64,000 nt of DNA from an uncultured Gemmatimonadales bacterium. GTDB lineage: Bacteria; Gemmatimonadota; Gemmatimonadetes; Gemmatimonadales; GWC2-71-9. The stretch covers positions 160,001-224,000 of the forward strand of contig CAVYSW010000009.1 in assembly GCA_963771275.1 (NCBI GenBank), read 5' to 3'. The position numbers and the translations under genes are program-made. Each line of letters starts with the position of its first letter. The stretch's first letter is position 1. This document shows positions 59,255 through 64,000 of this stretch, in pieces. Below the pieces are notes generated by a model. It was given only the letters and a program-made list of their open reading frames with translations. It was not told where the DNA came from and did no database searches.

Positions 59255-59695
59255 ATGACCCTACGCTCGCTCGTCCAGTCCCGTGCTCCTGCCGCCACCG
59301 TGCTGGTCCGGCTCATCGTGGGCGCGGTCTTCCTGTCCGAGGGCATCCAGAAGTTCCTCTTCCCGGACGCCCTGGGCGTCGGCCGCTTCACGCAGATCGG
59401 CATCCCGGCGCCGGAAGTGATGGCGCCGTTCGTCGGCACGGTGGAGACCGTGTGCGGCGCGCTGCTGCTCCTGGGCCTCGCTACGCGTCTCGCCGCCATC
59501 CCGCTGGTGATCGACATGCTGGTGGCGATCGGCTCGACCAAGGTCCCGATCCTGCTGTCCAAAGGCGTCTGGGCCATGGCGCACGAGGCGCGCGTGGACT
59601 GGTCGATGCTGCTGGGCGCGCTGTTTCTGCTCGTCGTCGGCGCCGGCCCGTGGTCGCTCGACGCATACCTCACGAGCCGTCACCCCAAGCCCTGA
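59255..59695 (+). CDS. DoxX-family membrane protein
   Basis: RLIVGAVFLSEGIQKF, ETVCG, GAGPWSLD. Confidence 0.9.
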   Translation: MTLRSLVQSRAPAATVLVRLIVGAVFLSEGIQKFLFPDALGVGRFTQIGIPAPEVMAPFVGTVETVCGALLLLGLATRLAAIPLVIDMLVAIGSTKVPILLSKGVWAMAHEARVDWSMLLGALFLLVVGAGPWSLDAYLTSRHPKP

Positions 59696-59739
59696 CGAGG
59701 CCCGGTTCCATAGCCAACCACGATGAGGAGGCCTCTCCC

Positions 59740-60231
59740 ATGCAACCCCTCAGACCGAGCCGCGCCACCACCGCGGTGATGGTCGCCCTTGGAGCCGCGG
59801 CCGCCGCGTGCGACCGCGCGCCGTCGCCCCCACCGGATGCCGGCTACACGCCGCAGACCCGCGACGTCACCATCACGACGGTGCCGCTGCTCGTGAAGGA
59901 GGCGAGGTCGCTGTACCCCTTCCTCGACGAGGATTTCGCTCCCGGCGGCGTCCTCGAAGGAAAGGAGGTCTATGCCTTCTCGCCCAGCACGATCACAGTC
60001 GTGGAAGGTGACACCATCCACTTCACGTTCGTGAACCCCGAGGACGACGAGCACTCGTTCGTGCTTCCCGACCTCGCGGTCTCGCTCCCCGGCCAACAGA
60101 TGATGCACGCGACGTACGTCGCACGGCGGGCCGGCATCTATCCCTTCCTGTGCGCCATCCCGTCGCACTTGCCGATGATGGCGGGACAGCTCGTGGTTCT
60201 GTCTCCCGCAGCCGTCGCTGGCGGGAAATAG
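59740..60231 (+). CDS. Cupredoxin-domain lipoprotein
   Basis: AAAAC lipobox; FSPSTITV-x-x-GD, EHSF, YPFLCAIPSHLPMMAG type-1 Cu ligand pattern. Confidence 0.85.
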   Translation: MQPLRPSRATTAVMVALGAAAAACDRAPSPPPDAGYTPQTRDVTITTVPLLVKEARSLYPFLDEDFAPGGVLEGKEVYAFSPSTITVVEGDTIHFTFVNPEDDEHSFVLPDLAVSLPGQQMMHATYVARRAGIYPFLCAIPSHLPMMAGQLVVLSPAAVAGGK

Positions 60232-60242
60232 GACGCAGGACC

Positions 60243-61469
60243 ATGCCGGACACCGGGCCCGGGCCGGCCCCGGGGCGAACCTCGCTCGCCGAGCTCGCGA
60301 AGCTGTTCCTCAAGCTCGGGACGATCAGCTTCGGCGGGCCCGCGGCGCACAACGCCCTCATGGAGGACGAGGTGGTGCGGCGCCGGCGCTGGCTCACGCG
60401 CGAGCAGTTCCTCGACTACCTCGGCGCCACCAACCTCATCCCGGGCCCCAACTCCACGGAGCTGGCGATCCACATCGGCCACGCCCGCGCCGGCTGGCCG
60501 GGGTTCTTCGTCGCGGGTGCCTGCTTCATCTTGCCGGCCACGCTGCTCGTCGCGGCCATCGCGTGGGCGTACGTGCGGTTCGGCAGCCTTCCCGCCGCGA
60601 CCGGACTGCTGTACGGCGTCAAGCCGGTGGTGATCGCCGTGGTGCTCCAGGCCCTGTGGAGGCTCGGCCGTACCGCGCTCAAGACGCGAGGGCTTGTGGT
60701 CCTCGCTCTCGCGGCCGTCGCCGCGGCGGCCTTGAGCGTTCACGAGCTCCTCGTCCTCGCCGTCGCCGGCCTGCTCGCGGCCCTCGGCCGAGCGCTCTCG
60801 CGGGCGCGCCCCGCCCATCCGGGCCCGCCGGGCGACGCTTCCCTTGGGTGCCTGCTCCCCACGCCCGCCGCACCCCTTGTGTTACAGGCGAAAAGCGGGC
60901 TCGCGGTCGCGACCGCCACGACGGCCGCCGCGGCGTCGTTCGGGCTGTGGCCGCTGTTCGCCGTCTTCGTCAAGATCGGTGCGGTGCTGTTCGGGAGCGG
61001 CTACGTGCTGCTCGCCTTCCTGCGCGCCGACCTGGTCGAGCGCCTCGGCTGGATCACGGAGCGCCAGCTCCTCGACGCCGTGGCGGTCGGTCAGATGACG
61101 CCGGGTCCGCTGTTCACGAGCGCTACGTTTCTGGGTTACGTGCTGGGCGGTGGCGCCGGCGCCGTCGTCGCGACGGTCGGCATCTTCCTCCCCGCGTTCG
61201 TCTTCGTCGCGCTCAGCGGCCCGATCATCCCGCGACTCCGGCGATCGCCCGTCGCGGGCGCGGTGCTGGACGGCGTCAACGTCGCGTCGCTTGCGCTCAT
61301 GGCGGTGGTCACCTGGCAACTGGGCCGCGCCGCGCTGATCGATCCTCTCACGCTCGGCCTGGCCGGCGTCAGCGCGGTGCTGCTGCTTCGGTTCCGCGTG
61401 AACTCCGCGTGGCTCGTGTTGGGCGGGGCGGTGATCGGCTCGGCCGCCCTGTGGCTGCGGGCTGGCTGA
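60243..61469 (+). CDS. chrA: Chromate-ion transporter (CHR family)
   Basis: FLKLGTISFGGPAAH, IPGPNSTE, FGSGY, QMTPGP. Confidence 0.92.
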   Translation: MPDTGPGPAPGRTSLAELAKLFLKLGTISFGGPAAHNALMEDEVVRRRRWLTREQFLDYLGATNLIPGPNSTELAIHIGHARAGWPGFFVAGACFILPATLLVAAIAWAYVRFGSLPAATGLLYGVKPVVIAVVLQALWRLGRTALKTRGLVVLALAAVAAAALSVHELLVLAVAGLLAALGRALSRARPAHPGPPGDASLGCLLPTPAAPLVLQAKSGLAVATATTAAAASFGLWPLFAVFVKIGAVLFGSGYVLLAFLRADLVERLGWITERQLLDAVAVGQMTPGPLFTSATFLGYVLGGGAGAVVATVGIFLPAFVFVALSGPIIPRLRRSPVAGAVLDGVNVASLALMAVVTWQLGRAALIDPLTLGLAGVSAVLLLRFRVNSAWLVLGGAVIGSAALWLRAG

Positions 61470-61532
61470 TCCGCGGCGAGTTCCGGGCTCGCGTCGACTG
61501 CAGCCGCCGGCCGTCACAGACCCCGGATCCGG

Positions 61533-62954
61533 TCACGGCCGTGCCGCCTGGAGGATGACCGACGCCAGGCGCGCATAGTCCCCACCGAAGTGGTGCCCGC
61601 CGGGGAGCTTCACCACCTTGAAGGCCCTGGGATCGAGCGACGGACAGATCGTGTCCGTCTCATCGGCGCCGTAGAGACACAGGACTTTCCTTCCGACGAG
61701 CTTCCGCACTTCCGGCAGCACCGCGTACGGTGCGTTGCGCGTGCCGCCCGGGAGCCACTCCGTCACGCGGAACTCGAAGTCGGTGCTATGTCCCGGCCCG
61801 AGGAGCACGATCGCGACCGTTCGCGCCGTGAGCGCGGGCGGGAGACGGCTGGCGAGAAACGGCAGCACGTCGGCGCCGAGCGAGTAGCCGATCAGCAGCA
61901 CGCGTTGCTTCTGCCACGCGGTCCGATAGTGCTCCACGATGCGCGCCAGGTCGCGCGCGGCGCCGTCCGGCGTGCGCCGCGTCCAGAAGTACCGCAGCGC
62001 GTCGAGCCCGACCACGGGGACGCCGCGTGGCGCCAGGGCCTCGGCGAGGGAGCGGTCGATGCCCGCCCAGCCACCGTCTCCCGAGATGATCACCGCGAAC
62101 GTCTCGCCCGCGCCCGCCGCCGGCACCTCGACGAGCGGGAGGTCCGCCACGTCTCCCACGACGGGCGGCGTGGGGGGCACGGCTTTCGCGAGGCGCGCGA
62201 ACGCGGCCTGGAGCTGCGGCATCCAGTTGCGCACCACCCCGAAACCGTGCCCCACGTGCGGCAGGCGGACCAGCTCCGCGTCGCCCGTTTGCGCGACGAA
62301 CCGGAGGACCGTGTCGGGGCTGCACACCTGGTCGATATCGCCGTGCAGCACGATCCACGGCGCAGCGAGCGCGGCGGCCGGTCCGAGCAGGTAGCCGGCG
62401 CCCTCGGCGCCGACGGCCGGCTGCGGCGTGCTCTCCAGGCCGCGACCGCGGCACAGCGGCTTGCGGATCACGAGATCGGGACAGAACCCCAGGGACAGGG
62501 CGCCGCGGAACGTGTTCGCCGGAGCCTGCGCGAGCGCGGCGTACACCAGCGTCGCGCCGGAGGAGTACCCCACCAGAACGGGGGCCTGGTACCTGGCGAA
62601 CCCGTAGCGTTGCTCCATGTAGTGGCTCAGCACCTCGAGGTCGCCGGCCGGATAGGCGCACCGCTCGGGGTCGGCGTCGAGCGATCTGAGGTAGGTGGTG
62701 ATGTCGATGCCCGTGACGAGCGCGCCCCACCCGGCGAGGGTGCGGGCCATCCCGACCACACCCAGGTTCCAGCCGCCGTCGCCCGAGACGAACAGCACGG
62801 CCTGCGCGGGTGGGTCCGCGGGGTGGTACACGTGGACCAGCCCGAACCGGCCGACGCGGACCGTGTCTTCGTGGACGTTCGCCGTCTGGGCACTCGCCGG
62901 GGTCGCCTGGGCGAGCAGCAGCGTCACGAGCAGCGAGGCGCGGAGCAACGTCAT
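61533..62954 (-). CDS. AcvB/VirJ-family aminoacyl-phosphatidylglycerol hydrolase-like protein
   Basis: Signal peptide; two SGDGGW motifs; GYSSG and GYSLGADV; LPGGHHFGGDY. Confidence 0.88.
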   Translation of the reverse strand: MTLLRASLLVTLLLAQATPASAQTANVHEDTVRVGRFGLVHVYHPADPPAQAVLFVSGDGGWNLGVVGMARTLAGWGALVTGIDITTYLRSLDADPERCAYPAGDLEVLSHYMEQRYGFARYQAPVLVGYSSGATLVYAALAQAPANTFRGALSLGFCPDLVIRKPLCRGRGLESTPQPAVGAEGAGYLLGPAAALAAPWIVLHGDIDQVCSPDTVLRFVAQTGDAELVRLPHVGHGFGVVRNWMPQLQAAFARLAKAVPPTPPVVGDVADLPLVEVPAAGAGETFAVIISGDGGWAGIDRSLAEALAPRGVPVVGLDALRYFWTRRTPDGAARDLARIVEHYRTAWQKQRVLLIGYSLGADVLPFLASRLPPALTARTVAIVLLGPGHSTDFEFRVTEWLPGGTRNAPYAVLPEVRKLVGRKVLCLYGADETDTICPSLDPRAFKVVKLPGGHHFGGDYARLASVILQAARP

Positions 62955-63080
62955 CGCGGACAAACCTCTGTTCGACAAGTGGAGGCCGCCCGTAATTGGA
63001 CGCGCCCGGGGAACGCAGGTCAAGGACCGCGTTCGCATCACGCTTGCGCGGGTATGCGACTCCGACTATTTACCTAGGGT

Positions 63081-63413
63081 ATGCGATCTCGCGCGCTGGG
63101 TGCCGCCGTTCTTCTCGCGTTTGCGCTTGCGAACACCGGGAGCTCGCTCTGTGCCGCCGTGCATCACTCCGGTAGGGCGGATGCCCACGCGTCACATCAC
63201 GGCCAGCGAGGCGCCGTTCCGGCACTCGTCCTGACCGCGCCGGCGCACGGCTGCACCAGCCCGATGCACTGCGGCATCTCCGTGATCGCCGTGCGTGCGG
63301 ATGCCATGCGGCCTGCGGGCGTCGTCCCGGCAGGCTTCACGGCGACGCCGGCCCCGACGGCCTTCGTGCCCACGCCACCGTCGTCGCTCTCCACCCCGCC
63401 CCCCAGAGCCTGA
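63081..63413 (+). CDS. His/Cys-rich exported leader protein (DUF2946-like)
   Basis: Hydrophobic N-terminus, HHSGRADAHASHHG, HGCTSPMHC, C-terminal TPPPRA; directly upstream of a TolC gene. Confidence 0.6.
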   Translation: MRSRALGAAVLLAFALANTGSSLCAAVHHSGRADAHASHHGQRGAVPALVLTAPAHGCTSPMHCGISVIAVRADAMRPAGVVPAGFTATPAPTAFVPTPPSSLSTPPPRA

Positions 63414-63501
63414 CCCCTTTCCAGGTGTAGTGTGCCCACCGCCTCGATTCCCGAGGCGGCGCGCAGTGCTCGCAGCTTCTGGCAAGGAAGGTCGGAGGAT
63501 C

Positions 63502-64000
63502 ATGTGGCAACCACTCTGGTGCGCGCTCGCGGCCGGTGCCGTGACGCTCACGCCGGTTCGCGCACTCGTCGCGCAGGCCGATGACACGCTGCGCGTGGCG
63601 ACCGCCGTGGCGCTGGCTCGCGAGGGGAACCCGGCCCTGGCCGCCGCGCGGCTCCGCGCCGACGCGGCCGCCGATCGCGTCCCCCCGGCGGGCGCGTGGC
63701 CGGACCCGCAGCTGGCCCTCGGGCTGATGAACCGGCCGCTGTGGGGCTTCGGCACCGCCGAGCCGATGACGATGAACACGGTTCAGGTGACGCAGACCCT
63801 GCCATGGCCGGGCAAGCTGGGCTTCGGCAAGGCGCGCTCGCGCTCGCTCGCGTCGGCCGAGCGGCTCGACGCCGACGAGGCCGAATGGCAGGTCGTCGGC
63901 GAGACGCGGGCGGCGTACGCCGAGCTGGCGGCGATGGACCGCGCGCTCGCGATCATGCGGCGCACCCGGGACCTGCTGCGCGGTTTCCTGCGCGTGTCGC
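63502..64000 (+). CDS. TolC-family outer-membrane efflux protein (metal-efflux type), 3' end outside window
   Basis: GGAGG RBS; signal peptide; AREGNPAL, AGAWPDPQL, QTLPWPGKL. Confidence 0.88.
   Translation, partial: MWQPLWCALAAGAVTLTPVRALVAQADDTLRVATAVALAREGNPALAAARLRADAAADRVPPAGAWPDPQLALGLMNRPLWGFGTAEPMTMNTVQVTQTLPWPGKLGFGKARSRSLASAERLDADEAEWQVVGETRAAYAELAAMDRALAIMRRTRDLLRGFLRVS

Overview
High-GC (roughly 70%) bacterial chromosomal DNA. The gene repertoire (several Hanks-type kinases with GxGGMAxVY/FLA starts, a DUF5916 barrel, an EcxA-like metalloprotease) suggests Gemmatimonadota, but that is inference. Most of the window is envelope, peptidase, transport and housekeeping genes (gpmA, ettA, kup, pcm, cls, csp, pabB/pabC-like, tRNA-Trp, tRNA-His). 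Three variable patches contain pseudogenes: about 1-2.5 kb, about 13.3-19.6 kb next to tRNA-Trp, and a 5 kb block bracketed by an exact 314-bp duplication at 25.2/30.5 kb. A sulfur/metal-stress cluster lies at 57-64 kb. The most unusual signals are non-coding: (1) an intact tRNA-Leu-type body with an aberrant Ala(GGC)-like anticodon loop, embedded in a longer structured minus-strand RNA whose trailer is complementary to that anticodon arm; (2) a ~170-nt multi-stem leader in front of an AREYGFxSW-domain/ankyrin-like/Clp-N protein; (3) three dispersed palindromic elements built from AATGTYC heptamers; (4) tandem echoes of the tRNA-Trp 3' end. No CRISPR array, integrase, transposase or reverse transcriptase was seen. 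Family names come from motif recognition by eye, not from database searches, and RNA folds are manual.
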